The notes: a model not told the origin generated them from the letters alone. DNA of 35,886 nt from an uncultured Gammaproteobacteria bacterium (GCA_964476545.1 CAYZAZ010000005.1:1-35886); one strand, 5' to 3'; counted from the first letter of the stretch, positions 7,706 to 15,680 are shown. A program made the numbers and translations.

Positions 7706-9346
7706 TTATTCCCAAATCATTAAACTTTGATCAATTTTTACATCTATTATTACTGAAAGTTCTTCTTTTTGAGCTAATTTAAAAGCCTTTTCAAATTCTT
7801 CTTTTGAATCCAATTTATACCCTTTCATTTTATATGCATGGGCAATTTTTACATAATCTGGATTAATGAATGTATCAGCACAATCATGACCATAAATACT
7901 TTTATGATAATCAACAATTGACATGCAACCGCTATTATTTTCTATAACAAAGATTACTTTTATATCATAATTCATTGCTGTTCCTAATTCATTAAGAGAC
8001 ATTTGAAACCCACCGTCACCAACAAAACAAATAACTTCTTTTTTACTTGCCAAGGCTGCCCCAATCGCCGCTGGGACAGAATAACCCATTGGTCCATTTT
8101 TATCTGCTGTTAAAAATTGTTGAGTAAGTTTTGTTCTAAATTTTACGATTGCCATTGATTTTGCGTAACCTGTATCACATACAATAATCGAATTATCAGT
8201 TACCAAATCTTCAACAATATTATTTACATTTAATGGATTAACTCCATCACCGTCAGGATATCTTTTTTTTCTTGGATAATTAATATTTAATTGAACAACT
8301 TCTTTTATTAAAATTTTCGAAAAATCGTGTTCTTTCAACTCAAAGTTAGAAAAAAAACTTAAAACACTACCAATAGCAGATATATCAACTGGATAAACAC
8401 GACCTATCTCACTATAATCTGGATCAACCTGCGCTAATACTACATCACCAAAAATGCTTCTATCATACCAAGCCATTTCCCATTCTTGCATTCTATCTCC
8501 AAGGAATAAAATTAAATCTGATTTCTTCATGTATTCATAAACTTTCTGTGTTTTTCCCTCTTGTCTAATTACCCCCAAAAATAACTTATCATACTCATCA
8601 ATAAAGTTTTTTGCCAAAGGAGATACAGTGTAAGGAATTGCAAGTTTTTGTAATATCTGAGGAAGTTTCTTTTTAATATTCTGTTCATCGGCTCCCTCAC
8701 CAATTACCAACAATGGATGTTTAGCTTGATATAATTTTTCTGCAATTTTCACACTATCACTTTTACTACAACTTGGCGAATTCAAATTTTTATATTTACA
8801 AGGTTGTATTTTTTCATAATCAATTTCTACATTCCAGAAATCTGATGGTATTTCAATATAAACTGGACCTTTTCTTCCAGAATTAGCTAATCTAAATGCC
8901 TCTCTTACCATATTGGGCACTGCATCTGGACTTGGCGCAAGCATAGCTTGTTTGCAACAAGCTTTAAAAACTAATCTTTGTTCTATTGATTGCCCTCTCC
9001 CAGAACCATCTTGAACAGGATTTCTTCCAAAAGAACTAGTACTGACAGTCGCACCAATTGCAATAATAGGAACAGAATCCATAAGTGCAGTTGCAAGTCC
9101 GGTCACCATATTTGTTGCTCCAGGGCCAGCTGTCGCCAAAACTACCGCCGGACATTTTTTTACTCGCGCATATCCATCAGCCATATAAACCGCATTTCCT
9201 TCTTGTTTATTTAAAATTATTTTTATTTTCTCATTATTTACAGCCTCCCACAAATGCATTATATGACCACCAGTGTAACCAAAAACATGCTCTATTCCCT
9301 CTAATTTTAAAATGTCAGCAACTGCAGATTTTACATCAATTTTCAT
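7706..9346 (-). CDS. Thiamine-pyrophosphate-dependent enzyme, acetolactate-synthase-large-subunit-like
   Basis: 546 aa. N-terminal TPP pyrimidine-binding domain (GYTGGHIMHLWEA, GPGATNMVTGLATALMDSVPIIAIG) and C-terminal TPP motif GDGGFQMSLNELGT. No small subunit or other ilv genes nearby. Confidence 0.8.
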   Translation of the reverse strand: MKIDVKSAVADILKLEGIEHVFGYTGGHIMHLWEAVNNEKIKIILNKQEGNAVYMADGYARVKKCPAVVLATAGPGATNMVTGLATALMDSVPIIAIGATVSTSSFGRNPVQDGSGRGQSIEQRLVFKACCKQAMLAPSPDAVPNMVREAFRLANSGRKGPVYIEIPSDFWNVEIDYEKIQPCKYKNLNSPSCSKSDSVKIAEKLYQAKHPLLVIGEGADEQNIKKKLPQILQKLAIPYTVSPLAKNFIDEYDKLFLGVIRQEGKTQKVYEYMKKSDLILFLGDRMQEWEMAWYDRSIFGDVVLAQVDPDYSEIGRVYPVDISAIGSVLSFFSNFELKEHDFSKILIKEVVQLNINYPRKKRYPDGDGVNPLNVNNIVEDLVTDNSIIVCDTGYAKSMAIVKFRTKLTQQFLTADKNGPMGYSVPAAIGAALASKKEVICFVGDGGFQMSLNELGTAMNYDIKVIFVIENNSGCMSIVDYHKSIYGHDCADTFINPDYVKIAHAYKMKGYKLDSKEEFEKAFKLAQKEELSVIIDVKIDQSLMIWE

Positions 9347-9357
9347 TTTATTTTTTT

Positions 9358-9384
9358 AAAACTTTCAACACCTTGGGTTGAAAG
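9358..9384 (-). terminator. Rho-independent terminator after the NUDIX gene
   Basis: Minus strand: CTTTCAAC-ccaaggt-GTTGAAAG followed by TTTT. It lies only about 12 nt before the TPP-enzyme ATG. Confidence 0.5.
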
Positions 9385-9405
9385 GGGTGCTATAGCACTC
9401 TAAAC

Positions 9406-9849
9406 TTATAATTTTGAAAAAAACTTCCGATATTTTTTTAACGCTTTTAAATCTAATTTTGTAATTTCCGATAGTGGTTTTGGTAATTTGCTTAGCTTAA
9501 ACCAGCCAATTGCCAAACATTTTTCTGGTTCCAGTATTTTCGGTTCTTTGTTTCCTTTTACTTTACAAACGAAACAACTTGGTACCCAATGCTGTTTTTC
9601 TTTGGGCAACAAATGATTTTGGGCCGGCAACTGATGTAATAATACCAAATCAACACCATATTCTTCCAGCATTTCGCGCTTTATTGCTTTTTGTAATGTT
9701 TCCCCAAAATCGACCTTTCCTCCGGGAATTTCCCAACAACCTCTCTCATTTGTTACATTTTGACTTCTTTTAGATAAAAATAATTCGCGTTTTTGATTAA
9801 AAATCATCGCCCCCACTGAGATACCAATATAATCAATTCCTGTTTTCAT
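9406..9849 (-). CDS. NUDIX hydrolase
   Basis: 147 aa with Nudix box GGKVDFGETLQKAIKREMLEEYGV (GX5EX7REUXEEXGU). Confidence 0.85.
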   Translation of the reverse strand: MKTGIDYIGISVGAMIFNQKRELFLSKRSQNVTNERGCWEIPGGKVDFGETLQKAIKREMLEEYGVDLVLLHQLPAQNHLLPKEKQHWVPSCFVCKVKGNKEPKILEPEKCLAIGWFKLSKLPKPLSEITKLDLKALKKYRKFFSKL

Positions 9850-9857
9850 AATAGTTT

Positions 9858-9885
9858 ATCTTAAATCTCAAAACTTAAATGTCAA
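9858..9885 (-). promoter_or_regulatory. Promoter of the NUDIX gene (TTGACA-N16-TAAGAT), -10 box 8 nt from the ATG
   Basis: Minus-strand TTGACA is plus 9880-9885 and TAAGAT is plus 9858-9863. The ATG is at 9849. No SD. Confidence 0.55.
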
Positions 9886-9901
9886 AACCACATCTTAAAT
9901 C
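9858..9901. repeat. 44-nt heptamer-phased module, copy 2 (upstream of the NUDIX gene)
   Basis: ATCTTAA ATCTCAA AACTTAA ATGTCAA AACCACA TCTTAAA TC. 37 of 44 positions are identical to copy 1 by hand alignment. Confidence 0.65.
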
Positions 9902-9969
9902 TTTTTATCTCTGTTTTAAGATAAACAGTTTTTACATTTGGCTTTAACATTTAACATCTAACATTTGAG

Positions 9970-10788
9970 TTAAATCCGACTAATCATATTTGATCTTGCC
10001 TTATATTCCAAACTATCATCTAGTTTACTTAACTCTATCTTTTTTTTATATTTTATTTCCAGTGCTTTTTCAATCAGCCAATCGGCAATCTCCGGATTCT
10101 TTGGCAAAATCGGCCCGTGCAAATATGTCCCAATCGCATTTTTATATCTTATACCTTCGGTCCTATCCTCGCCATTATTCCCATATCCTTTTATAACACT
10201 AGCAAACGCTTGCGACTTATCTCCTAGATAAGTTCGTCCACCATGATTCTCAAAACCGACGAATTCAAATTTGTCATTGCGAAGCTGAGCGAAGTCGAAG
10301 CTGAAGCAATCCGATTGAGATTGCTTCGTCGTCCCATTATGATTTGGCTCCTCACAATAACATATAGGCTTAATCATCACATTCCCAATTAATCTTTTTT
10401 CTCCCACCTTTGAACTCTCTGTAAACAAGTCAAATAATCCTAAACCCTCTAATTTTTTTGATTCAGCCGTTAAATAATATTTTCCCATGAATTGATAAGC
10501 GCCACAAATAAATAAAGCCGGAATATTATTATTTATTAATTTTTTTATTTCTTCACCTTTTCCTGAAAATAAATCTTTATTCACAATCTCTTGTTGAGTG
10601 TCTTGCGCCCCGCCCATAAAAATTAAGTCAATATTTTGCAATTCATCAAGTTTAGATTGAACAGAAATCCTTTTTACTTCCACATCGATTCCCCGCCACT
10701 GGCATCTTTTTTTTAGAACAATCACATTGCCCCGGTCACCATACGTACTCATGAGATCAGGATAGAGCCAGGCTATATTCAATTTCAT
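9970..10788 (-). CDS. gatD: Lipid II isoglutaminyl synthase glutaminase subunit (CobQ-type GATase), carrying an in-frame palindromic insertion
   Basis: 272 aa. N-terminus LYPDLMSTYGDRGNV and VGFENHGGRTY are typical of GatD/CobQ-like amidotransferases. Lies 7 nt downstream of murT. There are about 25 extra residues between RLIGNVMI and VGFENH. Confidence 0.8.
   Translation of the reverse strand: MKLNIAWLYPDLMSTYGDRGNVIVLKKRCQWRGIDVEVKRISVQSKLDELQNIDLIFMGGAQDTQQEIVNKDLFSGKGEEIKKLINNNIPALFICGAYQFMGKYYLTAESKKLEGLGLFDLFTESSKVGEKRLIGNVMIKPICYCEEPNHNGTTKQSQSDCFSFDFAQLRNDKFEFVGFENHGGRTYLGDKSQAFASVIKGYGNNGEDRTEGIRYKNAIGTYLHGPILPKNPEIADWLIEKALEIKYKKKIELSKLDDSLEYKARSNMISRI
10273..10361. repeat. GTCATTGCGA-type palindromic element inside gatD, translated in frame
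   Basis: Termini GTCATTGCGAAG (10273-) and CTCACAATAAC (-10361). Perfect 9-bp core stem GAAGCAATC-cgattga-GATTGCTTC (10303-10327). Shares the 14-mer TTGAGATTGCTTCG with the gatB element. Confidence 0.75.
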
Positions 10789-10795
10789 ATTAATT

Positions 10796-12040
10796 TTAAA
10801 TTAATGATTTGCCAACTAAAATTTTCCTCACTTCCAACATTCCTGTATAGGTGGCTAAAATAACTATTTTTTCCTCTTTTTTTGTACTCGCAACAATCTC
10901 TTCCACAGCATCTTCTAAATCTTCTAAAATTTTAAATTTTTCTATTTCTCCATATTTCAATCGTATTCCCATATCTAGGCAACGATCCCCGGAAACTACA
11001 ATTTGGCCTTCTAATTGTTCAAACTCTACGTCCCAAATCCATGAGATATCTTTTCCGTCGGGTATGCGATCATTCAAAACCAAAAGTAAATGACGTTTGT
11101 CTTTTCCAAATATTTCATTCATAACCGCAATTGATTGATTAAATCCCGTTGGATTTTTGGAAAGTAATAAATAGATTTTTCTACCTTTATAGATAATTTC
11201 TTCTTGCCTACCAAAGGCAGGTTTGAACTGCTTTAAGGCAATAGCAATTTTTTCAAGCGGTATGTGTAAAATCTGATCTAAAAAAGTAAAAACTGCATTC
11301 GTATTATATTTATTATAAATTCCTTTTAAGGGGAGTTCTAGATTGTAATTAATAATCGTTGGATTCATAAATTTACATTTTAAACACTGATATTTTCCCA
11401 AATGTGAATAAGAGATTCCGCTATAAGTAAGCATGCTATTGCATTTTGGACAGTAGATTGAATCAACATCGTGGGGAATATCTTTAACTTGAGCTAAATC
11501 CTGACTTACACCAAAGTAGTAAACATTGGCTTTACAATTTTCGCCAAGATATGCAATTTGCGGATCATCGCCATTTAAAATTAAACTTGTATTCTTATCT
11601 AGAGTCTGAATACTCTTTCGCCAATTATTAGCAATTGTATTTACCTCACCATATCTATCTAATTGATCACGAAATAAATTTAATAAAATTAAAGTATGAG
11701 GTTTTAGTTGCTTTAGAGTTTGAGGTAAAGTATTTTCATCTATTTCAAAAGTGGCAAAATCATAAGTTATTTTTTTTGGAAAATTAACACTCTTAATTAT
11801 TGCCGAGGCCACGCCATTTAATAAATTTGCTCCTTCTTCATTTTGAAAAACAGTTTTCCCATCTGCTTCCAAAATAAATTTAATCAAAGTTGATGTGGTT
11901 GTCTTCCCATTTGTTCCCGCTATTAAAATAACTTTTGTATCAGACGTGGAAAAAAAATCCTTAATAAAATTTTTATTGAATCTCAAAGCAATCTCTCCCG
12001 GCCACGTCGAACCAGACCCTAGACTTAACAATCTAATCAA
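10796..12040 (-). CDS. murT: Lipid II isoglutaminyl synthase, Mur-ligase-family subunit
   Basis: 414 aa. P-loop GTNGKTTT, a Cys4 ribbon (CPKCNSML...CLKC) typical of MurT and a C-terminal DUF1727-like region. The start as listed is a TTG codon, and no in-frame ATG lies upstream before a stop. Confidence 0.85.
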   Translation of the reverse strand: MIRLLSLGSGSTWPGEIALRFNKNFIKDFFSTSDTKVILIAGTNGKTTTSTLIKFILEADGKTVFQNEEGANLLNGVASAIIKSVNFPKKITYDFATFEIDENTLPQTLKQLKPHTLILLNLFRDQLDRYGEVNTIANNWRKSIQTLDKNTSLILNGDDPQIAYLGENCKANVYYFGVSQDLAQVKDIPHDVDSIYCPKCNSMLTYSGISYSHLGKYQCLKCKFMNPTIINYNLELPLKGIYNKYNTNAVFTFLDQILHIPLEKIAIALKQFKPAFGRQEEIIYKGRKIYLLLSKNPTGFNQSIAVMNEIFGKDKRHLLLVLNDRIPDGKDISWIWDVEFEQLEGQIVVSGDRCLDMGIRLKYGEIEKFKILEDLEDAVEEIVASTKKEEKIVILATYTGMLEVRKILVGKSLI

Positions 12041-12086
12041 TTCATTAACTATCTTGGTAATAAATATAATTAGCTGATTTTTTACT

Positions 12087-12139
12087 GAAAATTTAAAATT
12101 AAAAATTGATTAAAAATTAAAAATTAATAATTTAAAATT
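12087..12139. repeat. Tandem heptamer array NAAAATT (3 copies, GATT, 4 copies)
   Basis: GAAAATT TAAAATT AAAAATT gatt AAAAATT AAAAATT AATAATT TAAAATT, between the htpX stop and the murT start. Confidence 0.7.
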
Positions 12140-13031
12140 ACATTGCCCTCAATATCTTGATTCTCTCCTCAATCGGTGGGTGAGTGCTAAATAAATTCAC
12201 CAACCAAGAAGATTTACTTTTCGTTTTAAATGGATTAGAAATAAATAGGTGAGCCGTTGATGAGCTAACATTTCTCATTGGTGGAGAAGTACTAATTTTT
12301 TCTAAGGCACGAGCTAAACCTTCAGGATATCTAGTAATCAAAGACCCATCTGCATCGGCTAAATATTCCCGCTTTCTCGAAATCGCCAATTGAATTAACG
12401 TTGCCACAAGTGGTCCGATAATCAAAGCCACAAAAAATAAAACAATCATCAAAGGATTTTTTCCTCGATCTTCATCATTATTACGCCTGCCACCCCACCA
12501 CATACTTCTCATAATCCAGTCAGAAGCAATTGCCAAAGTCCCCACAAGAACAGCGACCACTGAAGAAATTAAAATATCATAATTTTTTACATGGGAAAGT
12601 TCGTGAGCAATTACCCCTTCAAGCTCGGTGCGATCAAGTATTTCAAGTAGACCGGTTGTTACACAAACAACTGCGTGCTTTGGATCTCGACCAGTCGCAA
12701 AAGCGTTCGGAGATGGGTCATTAATTACGTAAAGTTTCGGCATTGGTATTCCCGATGCGATTGCTAAATTTTCAGTAACTGTATAAAAATCAAAGAATTG
12801 TTTTTTATTCGCCGATTTGGCTCCTGTTGTAAAAAGAACAATTTTATCTGAGTAAAAATAACTTCCGGCAGTTGAAAAAAGAGAAAAATTAAATCCTAGG
12901 ATTAAATACTCAGTCGGAGAAGAATAATATTGTCCAACTATGTAAAAGAAACCAGAAATCACAAAAATAAATAGGCCAAAAATTAAAAAAGTCTTCAATC
13001 GATTAGAAGATATTTGAGAATATATGGACAT
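12138..13031 (-). CDS. htpX: M48-family zinc metalloprotease HtpX
   Basis: 297 aa with N-terminal TM helices and the HEXXH motif HELSHVKNYD. Shows the conserved lemA-htpX adjacency. Confidence 0.9.
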   Translation of the reverse strand: MSIYSQISSNRLKTFLIFGLFIFVISGFFYIVGQYYSSPTEYLILGFNFSLFSTAGSYFYSDKIVLFTTGAKSANKKQFFDFYTVTENLAIASGIPMPKLYVINDPSPNAFATGRDPKHAVVCVTTGLLEILDRTELEGVIAHELSHVKNYDILISSVVAVLVGTLAIASDWIMRSMWWGGRRNNDEDRGKNPLMIVLFFVALIIGPLVATLIQLAISRKREYLADADGSLITRYPEGLARALEKISTSPPMRNVSSSTAHLFISNPFKTKSKSSWLVNLFSTHPPIEERIKILRAM

Positions 13032-13041
13032 AATTGTCTAT

Positions 13042-13096
13042 AAAACACGTAACACGTAGCACGTAACATAGAACTAAGAACTTTATAACTTAAAAC
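13042..13096 (+). repeat. Hairpin-less relative of the same intergenic element
   Basis: Heptamer string GTAACAC GTAGCAC GTAACAT AGAACTA AGAACTT TATAACT TAAAACT between lemA and htpX. Confidence 0.55.
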
Positions 13097-13104
13097 TTTG
13101 TGCC

Positions 13105-13659
13105 TTACTCAAACTTCACATCTACCTTTTTCTTCTCTTCTTCAGTTGCGGTAAAAAATTCAAACTGCTTGAAACTGAACATATTAGCAACTAAATTACT
13201 AGGAAACATTTGTACTTTAGTATTAAAATCCAAAACATTAGCATTGTAAAATTGTCTTGAATAGGCAACTTTATCTTCTGTGTCTTCAAGTTGCCTTTGT
13301 AAATCTTGAAAATTGGTATTTGCTTTCAATTCTGGATAAGCTTCGGCAATGGCAAAAACTGATTTTAAAGCTGAGGTCACCATATTATTGGCTTCGGCTT
13401 TTTCCGACATTGACCCAGCTGAAACTAATGCACTTCGAGCTTTAGTTACGTTTTCAAAAACTGTTTTTTCATGCTTCGCATATCCTTTGACTGTTTCCAC
13501 TAAATTAGGAATCAAATCCGCTCGCCTTTTTAACTGCACATCGATTCCCGACAACGCTTCCTCAATTCTTTCCCGTAAAGTAACAAACCCGTTATACAAA
13601 CCAACTAAATAAAGTATGAAAACAACTACCAAACCAAAGATAATAATTGGAAGTGACAT
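13105..13659 (-). CDS. lemA: LemA family protein
   Basis: 184 aa with a single N-terminal TM helix and LemA-like helical body ([13 protein letters not shown]...[25 protein letters not shown]). Confidence 0.85.
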   Translation of the reverse strand: MSLPIIIFGLVVVFILYLVGLYNGFVTLRERIEEALSGIDVQLKRRADLIPNLVETVKGYAKHEKTVFENVTKARSALVSAGSMSEKAEANNMVTSALKSVFAIAEAYPELKANTNFQDLQRQLEDTEDKVAYSRQFYNANVLDFNTKVQMFPSNLVANMFSFKQFEFFTATEEEKKKVDVKFE

Positions 13660-13689
13660 AATAATAATTTCTTAACTATTAATATTTTA

Positions 13690-13698
13690 ATTATATCA
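13690..13698 (-). promoter_or_regulatory. Extended -10 (TGaTATAAT) upstream of lemA
   Basis: The minus strand reads GTGATATAAT, followed by 30 nt to the ATG at 13659. Confidence 0.45.
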
Positions 13699-13791
13699 CT
13701 ATTTTAATTTCATATATATTGTTTCATATAACGAGGCAAATGTATTTTCTAAGTTCTTCAAAATAGGTGGCAAAAGTTTTAGGGATCCCGA

Positions 13792-13878
13792 CCCCACTTC
13801 GTCTTTAAATATTTTGGACTTCGAGGGGCAAAGCAGCGTTAACGGGCTTGCCCTCCGAAGCTTTAGCGAAGGATGGGG
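13792..13878. repeat. Nested imperfect palindrome in the lemA/LysM divergent intergenic region
   Basis: The outer arm CCCCACTTCG pairs with CGAAGGATGGGG. The inner arm CTTCGAGGGGCAA pairs with TTGCCCTCCGAAG. It shares CCCTCCGA with the hairpins at 7604 and 14586. Confidence 0.5.
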
Positions 13879-13912
13879 AAAAAACCTTTGACAGAATCTA
13901 TTTTGAACAAAC

Positions 13913-13940
13913 TTGAAATTCAGTTTATTTTTGGTATTAT
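13913..13940 (+). promoter_or_regulatory. Promoter of the LysM gene (TTGAAA-N16-TGgTATTAT), implying a leaderless transcript
   Basis: -35 TTGAAA at 13913-13918 and extended -10 TGGTATTAT at 13932-13940. Only 6 nt separate the -10 from the ATG at 13947. Confidence 0.6.
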
Positions 13941-13946
13941 ATTGTC

Positions 13947-14510
13947 ATGTCGCCCAAAACTAAAATTGTAAATTATCAAATCGAACTTTCAGCCTTACTT
14001 AAAAATAAAAAAAAATATTTCTTGTTAGGATTATGCGTTTTTTTGGCAATTTTTTCCCTTCCTACTTTTAAATTACTAAATAAATTAGACAACTCAGCTA
14101 AAATAAAAACACCAAAAAATAAAGTAGTTGATAGTAAAGTAATTTATGAAGTTAAAGAGGGAGATTTTTTATGGAAAATTGCTGAAGATTATTATGGCTC
14201 CGGGTTTAATGCCTACGACATTGCAATTTACAACAAACTTCAAGAACCATACAGTCTAGTAACCGGTAATAAATTAATCCTCCCCCACGTAACTCCTAAA
14301 GAAGCAACTAAAGGCGAAATTTCCGCCACCAGCTCTGGACAAGTTAAATACTTTAGTCAAACTTACATTATTCAACCAGGAGATGACCTTTGCCAAATTG
14401 CTATCCGTTTTTATGGAGATTGTAATAATGCCTATCGCATTATTCAAGCAAACAATATTCTTAACCCTGACCTAGTCGAAGTCGGCACTATTCTTCAAAT
14501 CCCCAGATAA
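13947..14510 (+). CDS. Membrane-anchored protein with two LysM domains
   Basis: 187 aa with an N-terminal TM segment and two LysM-like repeats (YEVKEGDFLWKIAEDYYG...NKLILP and YIIQPGDDLCQIAIRFYGD...GTILQIP). Confidence 0.85.
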   Translation: MSPKTKIVNYQIELSALLKNKKKYFLLGLCVFLAIFSLPTFKLLNKLDNSAKIKTPKNKVVDSKVIYEVKEGDFLWKIAEDYYGSGFNAYDIAIYNKLQEPYSLVTGNKLILPHVTPKEATKGEISATSSGQVKYFSQTYIIQPGDDLCQIAIRFYGDCNNAYRIIQANNILNPDLVEVGTILQIPR

Positions 14511-14538
14511 ACCACATTACATATAACACGTTGCACGT

Positions 14539-14618
14539 AACACATAGCACGTAGCATATAACTCTAATTTTCAGTTTAAAATTTACCCTCCGACTCGGAG
14601 GGTTTTAACTTAGTACTA
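14539..14618 (+). repeat. Intergenic repeat element, copy 2
   Basis: AACACATAGCACGTAGCATATAACTC (24 of 26 identical to copy 1), hairpin 16 of 17 identical, then TTTTAACTTAGTACTA. Confidence 0.7.
14586..14606 (+). terminator. Rho-independent terminator after the LysM gene
   Basis: CCCTCCG-act-CGGAGGG hairpin followed by TTTT. Confidence 0.6.
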
Positions 14619-14641
14619 TTCGCTATTTTCCTTCTTAATTC

Positions 14642-14670
14642 TTGCTACTTGATGCCTAATGCTTTATACT
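14642..14670 (+). promoter_or_regulatory. Promoter of tRNA-Gly (TTGCTA-N17-TATACT)
   Basis: Hexamers at 14642-14647 and 14665-14670. The tRNA starts at 14685. Confidence 0.55.
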
Positions 14671-14684
14671 TAACTTTGTAAAAA

Positions 14685-14756
14685 GCGGTGGTAGTTCAGC
14701 GGTAGAATGTCTCCTTCCCAAGGAGAAGGTCGCCGGTTCAAATCCGGTCCACCGCT
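14685..14756 (+). tRNA. tRNA-Gly (anticodon CCC)
   Basis: Hand-folded cloverleaf: acceptor GCGGTGG/CCACCGC, D arm GTTC-AGCGGTA-GAAT, anticodon arm TCTCC-TTCCCAA-GGAGA, T arm GCCGG-TTCAAAT-CCGGT, discriminator T. CCA is not encoded. Confidence 0.9.
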
Positions 14757-14844
14757 CAGAAGGGGGCTATAGTCCTGAGAGCAGTCGAAGGATTCAATTC
14801 CCCTATCCCGCTCATAAATAAAAAGTTACCTAGAAATTACATAA

Positions 14845-15561
14845 ATGAATAATAAATGGGATAAACTTAGCTCTAAGTTTAATGTTCATAAAAATAGAGA
14901 CGAAATAGATCCTGGAGCAGCAGACAATATTCTTATTGCATGGCCACCAATTATTGACTTAATTACCAAACATTTTGGCAATTCCCAGATAAAAGGACTA
15001 AAAGCTTTAGATTATGGATGTGGAACAGGCGGATTCACTCAAAAGTTGGACTCTTTAGGATTTGATGTGATTGGAGTTGATACTTCCGAAGGCATGCTTG
15101 ATCTTGCTAGAAAATATAACAATAACAAAATACATTTTCTAAAAACAGAACAAATTCCAGTGAATGAAAAATACAACCTTATTACTGGAATTATGGTATT
15201 TCAATTTATTGAGAAAATTGAAGAAACTCTTAATCAATTGACCCAACGGTTAAATAAAGATGGGTTAATAGTATTTGCTGTTTTTAATCCAAAATTTGTT
15301 GCTTCATGTCTAAAGACACATGTTTTGTTTTCTCATTTTGATTCAGAAAGTAATCCAAAGAGAGGAATTATTAGCTTTGGGAAAGAATTAGATATTCAAA
15401 CCTTTATAAGAAACGCCGATGATTATAACAAAATCATGAATAATTTAGGTTTAAGTAAAAAATTAGAAGCGTATCCGAAATTTACGCAAGAATATTTAGA
15501 TAAATACCCTATTAATACACCAATTGATGAATCTGAGTATCTGATTTTAAGTTATTGTTAA
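14845..15561 (+). CDS. Class I SAM-dependent methyltransferase
   Basis: 238 aa with SAM-binding motif I (ALDYGCGTGGFT) followed by the acidic loop VIGVDTSEGM. Confidence 0.8.
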   Translation: MNNKWDKLSSKFNVHKNRDEIDPGAADNILIAWPPIIDLITKHFGNSQIKGLKALDYGCGTGGFTQKLDSLGFDVIGVDTSEGMLDLARKYNNNKIHFLKTEQIPVNEKYNLITGIMVFQFIEKIEETLNQLTQRLNKDGLIVFAVFNPKFVASCLKTHVLFSHFDSESNPKRGIISFGKELDIQTFIRNADDYNKIMNNLGLSKKLEAYPKFTQEYLDKYPINTPIDESEYLILSYC

Positions 15562-15680
15562 AATTGGATCAATATTTTTTATAACTTTTTATACCCATTC
15601 AATCTTTAAGTAAATGTAGACCCTTATGGCCATAAATTGAATCACAAGGAAATATTTTGCAAACAAAAGGTGACAAATTT

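Noticed and set aside
8990-9381. Two plus-strand ORFs antisense to the TPP enzyme
   Set aside because: They are shadow ORFs with Ser/Arg/Cys-rich nonsense-like composition.
9362-9398. Hairpin plus GTGCTATAGCAC palindrome upstream of the TPP enzyme as a TPP riboswitch
   Set aside because: The region is far too short (under 60 nt) and lacks the conserved thi-box features. It is better explained as the NUDIX terminator.
12087-12139. Heptamer arrays as a CRISPR array
   Set aside because: The period is 7 nt with no spacers, far too short for CRISPR, and no cas genes are present.
14759-14812. Possible second tRNA directly after tRNA-Gly
   Set aside because: I could not fold an acceptor stem or a T arm. 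Only the 3' half resembles a tRNA, so it is treated as a degenerate partial copy.
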